DNA from: Octopus bimaculoides
Taxonomy: Eukaryota
DNA length: 64,000 bases
Assembly: GCF_001194135.2 (NCBI RefSeq)
Contig: NC_068986.1
Coordinates: forward strand, 81,469,789-81,533,788
Reading direction: 5' to 3'
The notes beneath the pieces are model-generated. The model saw nothing but the letters and a program-made list of their open reading frames with translations, searched no databases and had not been told where the DNA came from. A program made the position numbers and the translations under genes. Below are positions 11,464-24,935 of this stretch, piece by piece. Each line of letters starts with the position of its first letter. Position 1 is the stretch's first letter.

Positions 11464-12699
11464 CACAACAGAGCCATAGGTAAATGAACAGAATCAATTG
11501 TTATACCATTAATAAACAAAAATAGAAAAACCCCAAAATGTGAAAACAATCATATAATTTGTTTAGCTAACTATCTAGACACAGTTTTGTTGTGTTTTAC
11601 ACACTTGAATGAAAGCAACAATAAAAAACATATGATACTTAGTGAAATAGAGGTTGTTTTCCAAGAAACGAGAAACATTGTTGAGCAGAGATTTATAATG
11701 TCAATGCTGCATTAGAAAAATACTTGGAACATAAGTTAAACCTTCACTTCAATTTCTTTGATTTATAAAAAAAATGCATCTGACAGTGAATAATTTTGAA
11801 CACTGTGGCTTATTATGAGAAAAGGTAACACGGGCCAACCAAAAATGATATAAAGTCCATCCATCCATTTGGTACCCACTTTTCTTGGGATGGTCATGGT
11901 GGTAGGGTCCACAAGTACCTCCTCCAAAAGGTCCTATCAGAAACAATAATCATTTAACTTTTCTTTTGGACTCCCAAGCATGACCAACTGAAACTATGGA
12001 CATTATCCTACCATCTCACTCATGGTCATCCACTCAGTCTCCTACTGGTTGGCTTGGTTTGAAGATTGTTTTATAAAATCATTATATGAATATGCATAAG
12101 TCTTATTTTGGTTGAAATTCAGCAAATAACTAATTGTGACCATGGCCCCTTTGTATGATCTCTGAGACTGTGGGGTGTTAGGAAGAGGTTATCCTCAGAC
12201 CAGAAGTCTAAATCAAATACCTGCGACAGAATGGATTCAACTAAAGACAATCTAAGACCAGTTTGATGTGTTTAAACAAGTGGATAATAAAGGCTACCAC
12301 CCCTGAACAGAAAAAATCCCTCTGATGGACTTTGATGTCAGACTAGATTGTCTGCTTTCATAAAACCTTTTCAAAAAGTTTCTGGAATAGATGGCAGGCC
12401 TTAAACATTTTATAAAGGATATATTAAAGTAGAAGATACAACAGTTAGCCATGTCCATTTTGTCTGTGACATTGATTTAAAAAAGAAAACATGAGAAAGA
12501 TTTTAGAGATCTTAACAACATGTCTTGTATTACAACTGCCAGAAGATATAGGTTGGAAATAATTGTTGAAAGAAGCTGAGGAATTTATGTTTGGAAAGAA
12601 CAACAACAGAAGATATGAGTTTAAAAGATTTTAAATGGTACAGTGGCATTAGCAAAATCAGGAACTATCTGAGAAAAAAGAAAAGATTACAATAATACC

Positions 12700-12960
12700 A
12701 TCAATTCATTCAAATGATTTCTATGAGTACAAATCATGGATATTAGATGCTGAAAGTGAAAAGGAAAAAAAATATCAAGACTTTGGAAATTAAATGCCAT
12801 AGAATTATCTTCTGCATCCCATATACAGAACATTAAATGAGAGTGTTAAGAAAGAAATTGTTGAGATAACTGAAAATTATTAAAAGCTGGGCAAAGAAGT
12901 GGTTTGGCCATGTGACATGCCACCCTAATATGTTACCTCTAGGGAATATGGCTATGTTTG
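12700..12960 (+). mobile_element. Decayed RTE reverse-transcriptase C-terminal fragment
   Basis: YEYKSWIL...TLEIKCHRIIFCIPYTEH...KWFGHVT (cf. YGCESWT...FEMxCxR...WFGHV). Confidence 0.6.
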
Positions 12961-14159
12961 GATAAACCTTCAGTAAAAGAAGTGAAGAAAGATCACTAAG
13001 TGAGTTGATTGATTAACATCAAGGAATGGACTGGGAAGAAGATGGTGGAAAACATGTGGTTGACTGATGAATGAAAATGATGGAGGGACAAGAGTGCCTC
13101 CTTGCTGTACACCTATGATCTTTGTAAGCCATAGATTTGATTGATTGATACCTAATATCAAACTTGCACTTTTTCTATCAGACACCAGACATACATATCT
13201 TCCATCAAACATCAGAGACACACATTTCTATATCATACAACTATTTCTTCCATTAATTAATAAAAAATCTTTTAAAAAATCTTGTGTGCATAATGGCTTC
13301 ATATTTATCCCTTTTAAATTAATCTTAAGGATACATTTGTCTTCACTTCATGACTTCCATATGTGCAACAATACATTCCATTATACTTCATTTCAGTTTA
13401 TACTTCAGTCTACTTAACATAACCCTGACCATTATTAACAACTATTACTCTACTGTTCTTCCTTTGCAACACATTAATCTTCAATACATCAAATTCCATA
13501 TTACTAACTTCTCTTTCACCTCAGATCTAACACTACCTCAATTTGGCACCTATCAACTATGGCCAATGATAATCTTCAAGTTCCATTGTTAAACTCACCT
13601 ATATTACTAACTTCTTCCACAACTTGTATTTGTGAAAGTCACACTCAACTAAGGCCAATACCCTTTCACTTCAAGCACAACAAGAAGAAACAATGGTACA
13701 ATAAAAAGATATTTATTATAGTGAAGTTCATCTAGCTTCACCCAGTAAACTTTTTTAATCATTCAGTTATATATAGGTTATTTTCTAACAAAACATCTGA
13801 AAATGTATTTCAGTTTGAATGGAAAACAATTTCGAAATGAAGCCATTTTAATAATAAAAGATATTTTTTTATTATTAAAAAATGTATATAGAGTTTTGAT
13901 GTTTAACAAATATCAAAAATGTAAATGTTAGATTTAAAAACTAAATCTGACCTGGATACAATTCAGTAATGGTTTGTTGATTAGCAACTCAAGATGGCAG
14001 TTGACATGTGTACCACTAAACATTTTGGGATGTAAAACCCAAAATTGACCAGCTCCTTCCTTAGAAGTCTGCTGGAGAACTTGAGTTAGACATCAGTCAA
14101 CAATGATCAGTGCTGGTTAGACCCATTTCTAAAATTATCAAAAATGCTGAGTGTCTCAT

Positions 14160-14376
14160 CATTTAAACTGGCCTTATCTGACCTAAATATTCTACCTTGT
14201 TTTTTTGTTCAAAAAGGCCAGATCTGGCTTCTCACATCTACCCTACAATGTCATTCTATAAATAAAAATCATATCATTGAAATCTCTTAGCTATGAGATA
14301 ATGCATGATTTATTCAAAACAATGTGATGAAAAAAGTATTACATTTGACTGAGTAATCTGAATGCTAAAGGGTTAA
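14160..14376. mobile_element. piggyBac-like MITE, partial left end
   Basis: Right end TGCTAAAGGG|TTAA; homologous to 54907-55109 and 33520-33670. Confidence 0.6.
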
Positions 14377-14699
14377 AGTTGTATATGGTTAAGGCACTCC
14401 ACACTTACAGTGTGCATCTCCAGTCTGGAACCAATATCTTGTTCAGAATATTGATCTACTGGGGACTGTTTAGAGACATGCAGCCAAACAAATACCCTTT
14501 GTCAGTCACTTATCATATCTTGAATGTTGTGCTTCTCTGGGCATCAATATATTAAAGCTTTGACATCTAACAGCTGACTTTGTTGAAGCCCACAAGACAA
14601 CTTTGGTCACCTTTTCTAATTAAATATCTTTTCCACCTATGAGCATACTTATGATATCAAATCACAGTGCAGTACCCATAACTTTTGCAAATATTTTTC

Positions 14700-15199
14700 A
14701 CACACAGACGTCTCCCTCAACGTTGTCTCCCTCATTGGACACGAAACTCAGCTTGCGAAGACTTATTAGGGCAAGCGAAAGCGAAATTGTGCTGGCACTT
14801 GTGCCCGCGGCATGTGTAAGGAGTTTCGAGCGAGATCTTTGCCAGTGCCCCTGAACTGGCTCTTGTGCGGGTGGCACATAAAATACACCATTTTGAGCGT
14901 GGCCATTGCCAGTACCACCTGACTGGCCTCCATGCGGGTGGCATGTAAAAGCACCCACTACACTCTCTGAGTGGTTGGCGTTAGGAAGGGCATCCAGCTG
15001 TAGAAACTCTGCCAAANNNNNNNNNNACCCACTACACTCTCTGAGTGGTTGGCGTTAGGAAGGGCATCCAGCTGTAGAAACTCTGCCAAATCAGATTGGA
15101 GCCTGGTGTAGCCATCTGGTTTCACCAGTCCTCAGTCAAATCGTCCAACCCATGCTAGCATGGAAAGCGGACGTTAAACGACGATGATGATGATGATGA
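14700..15199 (+). mobile_element. Young RTE-derived element (3' UTR with (GAT)n tail), spanning a 10-N gap
   Basis: CpG-rich, with the RTE 3' UTR motif GGAAGGGCATCCAGCTGTAGAAAC and a (GAT)n tail. Sequence either side of the gap is duplicated. Confidence 0.75.
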
Positions 15200-16349
15200 T
15201 ACAGAATTGTTGAAGCCTGGAATAAACTACTAATGTCAGTTGTTTGGTGTCAAGACACTGCATTCTTAAAAATGTCCATACTTTTTGAAATTTGTCAACA
15301 CTAATTATGATGTGTTTATGAGCTATTTCCTCTTCATGGCTTTTTTTACTGTATACTATATGTGTATTTTTAGTAACCGTTACTGTCTCTCTTTACTTGA
15401 TTTCATGCTCTTACTCTTTTTTTTTTTTTTTTGATTAGTTGTAGTATACCTGAGTACTGTATGCAATAAGCTTGTTATTATACCACATGGTGATATTGTA
15501 ATATCTTGTGATGCAATCGATGTACATACTATATCACATGATGTTACTGTAATAATTTACCATATATTGACGTATATCACTTGTTATTACTGTATGTATG
15601 TATGTATGTATGTATGTATATATGTATAATTGGCTTTTAAAAAGTAAAACAGTTTCTGTAATCAACTCAATTTTTATGGGGGTAGGTGATTAGTTTTCTG
15701 CCTGACCCCCAATCCTGAAGGACTGGGCCTTTTTATTGTGACATATTCCAGCACCTGGAGGACTAACAGATCTGGACCTCCTGCTGGTGTTAAACCCCAT
15801 AGCCTGGTGGTCATGGTGGAACCTTTGAGGTGGTTCCAGCTCACCCAACAGAGTCATCATTGGGCATATGGGATATTTAGAGGGACACAGGTTCAACTTC
15901 TTGAGACCTACCTGTCCTGATGAACCTTTTGCCAAATGGTCCACAACTGCTTATTTGCTAAGTGGTCCTGTTATGGGTCGCACCTGCTTATTTTGCAGCT
16001 ACCCATATCCTTGTGGCCATCACACCATCTGCCATCTGGTGGACATGCTCACTGCAAGGCGGTCGCTCTGGCCCCACTTCTTCATGGAACTTCCAGCATA
16101 GCAGGACGTGGGTTGTATACAATCAAAACACAGTAACTCTCTCAAAACACTAACAATGCTATAGTCACTCTACTTCTCTATATTCCTTCAAACTACATGA
16201 TTGGTACCATCAAATACCACAACTATCACCTTCTCTACTGTACCATTACTATACTCCCTCAACATACACCAGCAGTATTATCAAACGATATTGATGTCAT
16301 ATCTTGAACAACAATGTTGTACCTTGAGCCAAAGAAGGAGCTTCAATAT

Positions 16350-16507
16350 CAGTCAAGAGCAAACTACAGCCTGGTGGCTGCATGTGGCCCACAGAGCTTT
16401 CTAAATGGCCAGCTTAATGAAAAATTATTGTGAATTCTTTTAGTAGTGTAGCCTGTATAGTGATAAGTTGTCTCAACCTGCTTCTTGAAAAAGGTTGCTC
16501 ATACTTG
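16350..16507. mobile_element. Second, more diverged copy of the hAT MITE family at 2883
   Basis: Termini CAGTCAAGAGCAAACT ... AGGTTGCTCATACTTG and shared internal sequence; no TSD recognisable. Confidence 0.6.
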
Positions 16508-17579
16508 CTCTATGTGGTCACTCAACCTGCTAAAAATAGCAGTGAAATCATAAAAAGAATACTCCCTGTCGTCCTAAGAAATAGCATATCATTTCTTTGA
16601 ATTCTTTAAATGTTGTCCTAGGATAGTCAAAGTTAGAATGCTTATGAATGTATTTTGTTCTATGGGGGTTAGCCAGGGACTAAACAGAAATACTATATTG
16701 CTGTACTTCTAAATAGCATCTATTAAACTTTATCTTATCCTAAAACTCTGTCTTACTCTATTCAACTTTACCATGGCTTTGTCAGCATCAACTAACATTA
16801 CAATTTGGTTTGTTAATTTGACACTCCCTTTTCCCTTTTTTTTGTCTGTCATATGTCTGTTGTTTGGGACAACAAACATACAGTCCAGTCTAATTAAGTA
16901 AACAACATTGATCCATCTTAATATATTCTCTATTGAAAAAGTTCAGTTGAGAAATGAATTCTATTTTAATGATGTAGAAAACTTTTTCCTTTCATTTGGG
17001 GAAAAAGCCAAAATTTGATGAAACATGTTGAACTTTCTCCCTTCTCCTCACTTGTCTTGGTAGCCCTGCAAAGGATCATGGAAGCTACACTTCCTTCTTT
17101 TACTTAAAAAATGCTGAAAATTAAAAATTGAAAAAATGTTGAATAAACAAATAAAACAACCAGTCTACTAACAGTTATGGTTTTAATTGCTTGAGGTCCT
17201 TATGAAAAATGTGTACTGTTGTATTCCTAATAGAAGTTGTTGGTTGGTTATGAAAATGCTACTGAAGAACAGGAATGATTTTAAGTTTTAAAAAATTCTT
17301 TAAAAATGGATACTCTAAGGTGTGCTGTGAAGAGAAGAGATGTCTAACCTTTCAACCCTTCTTTGCACTTTATTGAAGAGACAAGTCAATATAGACCATC
17401 ACTTCTTTCTATTCTAGTGATTATATCTTTTCAACAGTTTTACCTAACTCCCGAGTCTCCACATACACTGTTGAACAGATTATATCATCATTATCATCAT
17501 CATCACCCTCCAACCACCACCACTGACAGAGAAAGAGAGAGAGAGACAGACAGAGAGAGAGAGAGATAGACAGACAGAC

Positions 17580-17612
<33 letters not shown>

Positions 17613-17887
17613 GACAGAGAGAGAAACAGACAGACAGAGAGAGAGAGAGAGATGATAAACTGCAGATGATGGGAATACAATCAGAGGTAGATATTCTGCA
17701 AAGGAGTAGGATGAGATAGTTGTGTCATGTACTGAAGACGGACATAAGTGGAAATAAGGTGTGATGGAAATGTATGTGGAAAGAAGTAGTAACAGAGGAA
17801 GTTAGATTAAATATTTGTATATGCATAAGTACTATGACTCCCATTCAACAAACTGGCCAACAATTTAGTATGTTATTTACTGGATGA

Positions 17888-18185
17888 AGGCACGTGGCTT
17901 AGTGGCTAGGGCATTCGGCTCATGATCGTAAAGTTGTGTGTTCAATTCCTGGTGTTGCATTGTGTCCATGAGCAAGACACCTAAGTTCATGTCAAAAATG
18001 AGTAGTACCTGTATTTCAAAAGGCCAGCCTTGTCACACTCTGTGTCACACTGAATCTCCCTGAGAACTACGTTAAGGGTATACGTGTCTGTGGAGTGCTC
18101 AGCCACTTGCACGTTAATTTCACGAGCAGGCTATTCCGTTGATCGTATCACCTGGAACCTATGTTGTCGTAACTGACGGAGTGCT
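17888..18185 (+). mobile_element. tRNA-derived SINE family B
   Basis: A-box TGGCTTAGTGG, B-box GTTCAATTCC, then TTGTGTCCATGAGCAAGACAC; homologous to 11150-11463. Confidence 0.8.
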
Positions 18186-19570
18186 TCTCTCCTCTCAATT
18201 TACTGGGCAACAACAGGTAAGCAAGTCTAGTATATACACATTAAAGAAGTAAAAGTGAAGAATTATATTTATATACTACTTTATTTACTTGCACATGTTC
18301 CAAATTACACAGTGAGCTGAATCTGTTGAGCCATTAATTGATTGATTAATCAACCAATTTATTTAACAGTTGTCTTCTCAGTCTTCCTTCTCAAAGCTTT
18401 AAAATTACACACACACACACACACACACATACACATAAATATGTATATAATCATTTACTTGAAAGACAAATAAGAATTAGCAACTAAAAGGGTATGTGGC
18501 TATAAAACAATACCCCACAAAATATATTTGCATAACCCATGCTAACATGAAAAAATAAAAAAAACAGATGTAAAAACAAATGAATACATATATACCAATG
18601 ATTATTGTGTAGACCTGTATAGCTATACAAATCAGTGTGATTAACTAAACCTTTTGTAGCTAGATCTAGCAGTTTTTTGGGGGGGAAACTAGCAGGTAAA
18701 GTAATATTTTTAAAAAGGTAAAAATGCTAATTAACACACACACACAAATATATATATATATATATANNNNNNNNNNNNNNNNNNNNNNNNNNNNNNNNNN
18801 NNNNNNNNNNNNNNNNNNNNNNNNNNNNNNNNNNNNNNNNNNNNNNNNNNNNNNNNNNNNNNNNNNNNNNNNNNNNNNNNNNNNNNNNNNNNNNNNNNNN
18901 NNNNNNNNNNNNNNNNNNNNNNNNNNNNNNNNNNNNNNNNNNNNNNNNNNNNNNNNNNNNNNNNNNNNNNNNNNNNNNNNNNNNNNNNNNNNNNNNNNNN
19001 NNNNNNNNNNNNNNNNNNNNNNNNNNNNNNNNNNNNNNNNNNNNNNNNNNNNNNNNNNNNNNNNNNNNNNNNNNNNNNNNNNNNNNNNNNNNNNNNNNNN
19101 NNNNNNNNNNNNNNNNNNNNNNNNNNNNNNNNNNNNNNNNNNNNNNNNNNNNNNNNNNNNNNNNNNNNNNNNNNNNNNNNNNNNNNNNNNNNNNNNNNNN
19201 NNNNNNNNNNNNNNNNNNNNNNNNNNNNNNNNNNNNNNNNNNNNNNNNNNNNNNNNNNNNNNNNNNNNNNNNNNNNNNNNNNNNNNNNNNNNNNNNNNNN
19301 NNNNNNNNNNNNNNNNNNNNNNNNNNNNNNNNNNNNNNNNNNNNNNNNNNNNNNNNNNNNNNNNNNNNNNNNNNNNNNNNNNNNNNNNNNNNNNNNNNNN
19401 NNNNNNNNNNNNNNNNNNNNNNNNNNNNNNNNNNNNNNNNNNNNNNNNNNNNNNNNNNNNNNNNNNNNNNNNNNNNNNNNNNNNNNNNNNNNNNNNNNNN
19501 NNNNNNNNNNNNNNNNNNNNNNNNNNNNNNNNNNNNNNNNNNNNNNNNNNNNNNNNNNNATATATGCATG

Positions 19571-19619
<49 letters not shown>

Positions 19620-20051
19620 CATCATCATCATCATTTAACATCCGTTGTCCATGCTATCATAGGTTGGGCAGTTTGACCAGGGCTGGTAAAATGAGGGGCT
19701 GCACCAATATATATATACACATATACCCATACACACTAGATTTTGTACCTGGTGTTGCCTAATAAATACTGCACTGAATTGTTTGCCAATTTTTGGGACA
19801 GGAACCGTAGTACTTATGCATATATATATATACATATTTAATGTAACTTCTGGATTTCTTTAATTGCGACTATTCTAATAATAGTAATCTGTTAAATGCA
19901 AGAAGAAAATTGTAAATATGAATGCATTGTCTGAATTGATATTGATAATGCTTTCTGTATTAAAGAAGAAAGACAAAAGGTGTTCTTAGTTGTTTAAAGG
20001 AGATAATTTTTTATGCCGTTTCTGGTAGGCCTGCCTTTCTTGAAGAATTCT

Positions 20052-20378
20052 TTAATTTTCATTCCTTATTCCCTGTCTTAAAGCTACATACAGCTGGCCA
20101 TGCCAGAATACTGAATTCTTGAGATGGATTAAGACATTTTGCATGGCTTGTCCTTTTTCTTTGTGTATAGTCATGGCAAAATATGACTGTATTGGGAATT
20201 TGGTCTGCTGAAAAGTTACACGTTCACCTTCTGATGTATTGAGCTTAATTCTAGGAATCATGACAATGTCTTTTTGAATGCACCAACATTGATCTTTGTT
20301 ATTAGATTCTTGTGCAATTGTTCTATGATCATCTATGTTCCATTACAAGGCCTTGGAGGATCTAATTTTCTGCTATTT
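20052..20378 (-). mobile_element. Helitron RepHel Pif1-like helicase remnant (C-terminal motifs)
   Basis: SRKLDPPRPCNGT*MIIEQLHKNLITKINVGAFK, frameshift, then DIVMIPRIKL...FQQTKFPIQSYFAMTIHKEKGQAMQNVLIHLKNSVFWHGQLYVAL (cf. RNLDxxxGLCNGT, IPRI, FPVRLAFAMTINKSQGQ, VFSHGQLYVALSR). Confidence 0.9.
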
Positions 20379-21771
20379 GTTCTTTGTTTCACATCCTGGA
20401 CACATGCATTCCCATTCTCTTCAATCATTCCTTCTTTATTTCCTGACTCTGTTATCCTGGAGTCATGCAGCTGTCATCTCAGATGTTTGCTAGTATCTCC
20501 TTGCCATTGTCACTTCCATACACTGTTTGGCATCATCTCTTGACCAGGATGAGGCCCTTCTCTTTCCATGTGTTACAACCGATCAGTATGTATTTGTATA
20601 TGTAATAATGTATTAGGAAAGTCAAAAGAATAAATTACACAAAATTATGTATCTGTGTGTGTGTTGTGTGAAAGTTTTGAAATAATATTCCTTTCAAATT
20701 TAATTAATAGTGATATTTGATAACTCATGGCAGAAAGTATTGGAACTATTGGCATCTGGCAAATGAGAGTGAGTAGTGAGAATAAGATTTAAGCTTCAAC
20801 CACATTGATGCTTACCAGTTGTTGGCTACTCTCATTACATGACATAATTTTTCAGTGAACTGTTTTGTAAATGCAGTTGTAAGCTTCTAATTTTTCTTCA
20901 ACAGTATCTGTTTAAAGTTTGTTTCATTCTGCTTTGCCCTTCTTGATAATGAATAAAGAAACTATGGAAAAATATCAATGTATCAGTATGCAGTACTCTA
21001 AAACACTGCGAATTTTGTAGATGCAACATCATAACAAAATATTCTGTTCATAACATATTGCCAAACATAAAAGCAAAAGGCAGCAGTTTAAGAAAATATG
21101 ATGAAAATTTTATATTTGAAGCTTACTTATCTGTGTATATTTGCTACCATCCTTCATTTAACACCTGTGATCATTTAACACCTGTGATCATTTAACAGAA
21201 GTGTGCAAAAATAAAATATCTAATAGTGAAACTGCATCCAATGTGATATTGCATAATACCAAATGTGCAATATTGTAAAGATTGTACTTGCAACACACTT
21301 TGAAAATTTGATGTAAGAACTGGGGAATTTAGTTTTCTGTTAAACGAATCCAATGATCTTTTTATTTTTACATTCTGAGAATGGTTACAATATTCAAAAA
21401 CATTGCATATACAGATCTTGATTTGAATCCTCTAAATTTCCTAGTTTTTAGAATAAGAGTGCCACTTTCTTGTGTACTGTAAATAGACAATATCTGGGAC
21501 ACCGCCACAGAAAGTCTGAACCAACATATGCCACTTGGAAAAACAGATGTAAAGATGATAATGATGATGAGGATGACAATGTTGATGTGATGCAAGTTAA
21601 ATTCTGGATGTTTTGAATAAAAAAAGTAGATAAAGGAAACTAAATATTAAAAGTTTATTTGCTATTAAAATTGATACTGCTAGTGTCCTGGTAAGGGTTA
21701 ACAAATGGCTTCTATCAATTATTAAAAGCAGTTCCATTCTTACTTCTATTTAGATGTCTCTCGTCATCATC

Positions 21772-22130
21772 ATCATCATCATCATTTAATGTGTGGTTTC
21801 CATGCTGGCATAGGTTGGATAGTTTGATTGAAAACTGGTAAGCTGAGGAGCTGCACCAGGTTCCAATCTGATTTGACATGGTTTCTACAGCTGGATGCCC
21901 TTCCTAATGCCAACTACTCCAAGAGAGTGGTGGGTGCTTTTTACATGCTATCAGTATGGATGCCAGTTGCAAAACACCAGTTTCAGTCATAACTATGATC
22001 CCACTTGGCTTAACAGGTCTTCTCGAGCATGGTGTATTGCTAAAGGTCTTGTCACTTGTCACTGCCTCTGGGAGACCCAAAGTCAGAAGGGTGCTTTTTA
22101 CATGCCAGTTACAGGACACTGGCATCAGCC
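21772..22130 (-). mobile_element. RTE 3' end
   Basis: (CAT)n followed by the reverse-complemented RTE 3' UTR. Confidence 0.75.
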
Positions 22131-22473
22131 ACAACTTTAATGTCTCTTCACAATTGACAGTGTCTCCTAAACATCTCCCTAAAAATATAGAAAATTTTTT
22201 TCTCATTCTTCAACGAAACATCTTATAAACAATTGTACCTTGCAATTAATGATAAAGAACTATTGAAGATTTTAAGTAATTATGCAATTAGATGGTTGTC
22301 AACTGAAGCTTCTATGAGTAGAAGTTTAAATCAGTGGCTTCACTTACAAACTCACTTTAAACTTATGACTACATAAGAACAAATGTTTTATTGGTTAGCT
22401 GTTAAATGAAGCATGCTATGATTATAAGAATATGCTTTGTTTTCGCATTTTTACAGCCAGTATTAAATAATGC

Positions 22474-22673
22474 TTACTCTTTACTCTTTTTACTTGTTTC
22501 AGTCATTTGACTGTGGCCATGCTGGAGCACCGCCTTTAGTTGAGCTAATCGACTCCCAGGACTTATTCTTTGTAAGCCTAGTACTTATTCTATCGGTCTC
22601 TTTTTGCTGAACTGCTAAGTTACGGGGACGTAAACACACCAGCATTGGTTGTCAAGCAATGCTAGGGGGACAA

Positions 22674-22722
<49 letters not shown>

Positions 22723-22887
22723 CAACGGGCTTCTTTCAGTTTCCGTCTACCAAATCCACTCACAAGGCTTTGGTCGGCCCAAGGCTATAGTAGAAGACAC
22801 TTGCCCAAGGTGCCATGCAGTGGGACTGAACCCGGAACCATGTGGTTGGTAAGCAAGCTACTTACCACACAGCCACTCCTGCGCCTA
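22474..22887 (-). mobile_element. SINE family A, full length and low divergence
   Basis: Near-identical to 51944-52535 and 3715-4150. Confidence 0.9.
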
Positions 22888-23186
22888 TAAAATTTCTGTA
22901 AAATTTTTCAATCAAATGCAACTAAATTATTTACAGATCTTTCCCTTTTGATTAAGTCTATTGCAAATATCTAAGTGTTGTCAACAAAGTAGATCTTGAT
23001 TTATTCTGCTTGAATTTTTGGCTCCTAACCCTAATCTCAGCTAAAGGGTTGAGAGAAAAACAACAGATGCTCATGGAGATAACAACTGAAGAAAAAATAT
23101 TACAAAAGAGATCTTAAAGGAAGACAGAGAAAAGGAAGACAGAGAAAAAAAATTGCCAACTGTCCATATGTGGTTACATTTTAGAA

Positions 23187-23236
<50 letters not shown>

Positions 23237-23785
23237 ATGTATGTATCATCACCATCATCATCGTTTAACGTCCATTTTCCATGCTAGCATGGGTTGGACG
23301 ATTTGACTGAGGACTGGTGAACCAGATGGCTACACCAGGCTATATAAAGAAAAAAGAGGTAGTTAGAATTTTGGATAATTATCTAATAGGAAATTCATTA
23401 CATGTCTATTTAACATGTAAAATGTAATTCCAATTAGCAAATGAAACACATGAAAAGGTGAATAAATGTTACCGAAAAAATTTCCAATTTCTTGCTTTGG
23501 TATACAATAACTCTGCAAACAGTATTTCCATAATTTTCAATTTTAATATGTATTTTGAACTAGCATACAGCAGTAACTGAGACTACATATTGGATTGTAA
23601 TAATGGAATAAGCATATGTGCTTCAAGAGGAAACAGCTGGTATTTGCCTTAATTACCTACACTATATATATATATATATNNNNNNNNNNGGGTTAATAGA
23701 AACCAGGGTAGTAAAGATCACAAAATAACTGTGGTGTAATTCCTGTTTTTGAGGCAGAAACTCCTTGATATTTTGGGTATTTGAG

Positions 23786-24000
23786 TATATATAAATTTAA
23801 GGAATGGAGTGAACGCATGTTATAACTGCATACTTTATTCCGACCCTAACCCTAACCCATACATTTCCCTGAGGAGAAGTTTACATTTTTAACATCGACG
23901 ATTCCTATGGATCGCATAAATTGTAATTCTTCGAAACATATGTCGGAATAAAGTATGCAGTTATAACATGCGTTCACTCCATTCCTTAAATTTATATATA
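23786..24000. mobile_element. 215-bp foldback/MITE with perfect 59-bp inverted repeats
   Basis: Arms 23786-23844 and 23942-24000 are exact reverse complements. The 97-bp spacer starts with CCTAACCCTAACCC. Confidence 0.9.
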
Positions 24001-24404
24001 TATATATATATATGTACAAGTATATACATTCATCCATCCATTCATGCATACATACATATATAAATGTATGTATGTATAATTGTATATAGTAGAATTATAA
24101 ATAGAAAGTCCTTGGTACAGTATTATATATTTGAAAAAAGAAATTACTAAGAATGATTTTTACTGATAATTTTTTTCCAGTTGGTAATTAGATGTTTACT
24201 ACTCATTAGATGTTTACAAATTGTAAACATCTAATGATTTGCAAACATCTAATTATTAAAGGGGAAAAAATTATCAGAAAAGTAATTCCTATTCATTTTC
24301 ATATATCTATCTATCTATCTGTCTCTCTGTCTGTCTGTCTGTCTGTATATATATATATATATATATATCTTTATCTATCTATCTATATCTATATATATCT
24401 GTGC

Positions 24405-24935
24405 AATGTCAGTGTGCATGTATGACAGAGCGTAAGCATCTTGAGAGAAAAATTGGGCATGAGGCATCAGATGTGGTCTGTAAGAGAGACGATTGCACTG
24501 GTATGGCCATGCGATGCATATGGACGAGGACATACAGAAGTGCCAATCTCTAACTGTGGAGGGAACCCGTGGAAGAAGTAGATCCAAGAAGATAAGGGGC
24601 AAAGTGGTGAAGTATGATCCTTGAATGTTGGGTTTCATGGAGGCAATGACAAGTGGTCAGGACCTTTGGCGATTTGCTCTGCTCGAGAAGACTTGTCAAG
24701 CCAAGTGAAATAATAGTCATGGCCGGTGCTGGTGACATGCTAAAGCACCCATGTTGGTGACACATAAAAGGCACCCATTACACTCTTGGAGTGATTGGCA
24801 TTAGGAAGAGCATCCAGCTGTAGAAACTATGCCAAATCAGACTGGAGCCTGGTACAGCTCTCCGGCTTACTAGTTCCAGTCAAACTGTTTAACCCATGCC
24901 AGCATGGAAAATAGTCACTAAATGATGAAGCTGAT
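24405..24935 (+). mobile_element. 5'-truncated RTE-clade LINE (ORF2 C-terminus plus 3' UTR)
   Basis: ERRLHWYGHAMHMDED...QKCQSLTVEGTRGRSRSKKIRGKVVKYDP*MLGFMEAMTSGQDLWRFALLEKTCQAK*, then the shared 3' UTR and a GATGA tail. Confidence 0.85.

Noticed and set aside
14957-15089. Direct repeat of about 60 bp around a 10-N gap (similar case at 2667-2722)
   Set aside because: Typical unmerged contig overlap, so an assembly artefact.
18666-19641. ORFs of about 300 aa (also 48795-49382 and 51895-52566)
   Set aside because: They are mostly N-gap and flanking (TA)/(TG) repeats.
22800-22887. tRNA genes at SINE heads
   Set aside because: A/B boxes are present, but there is no cloverleaf and they continue into repeated SINE bodies.
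23845-23858. Telomeric CCCTAA repeats as an interstitial telomere
   Set aside because: Only about two units, and they are internal to a MITE.
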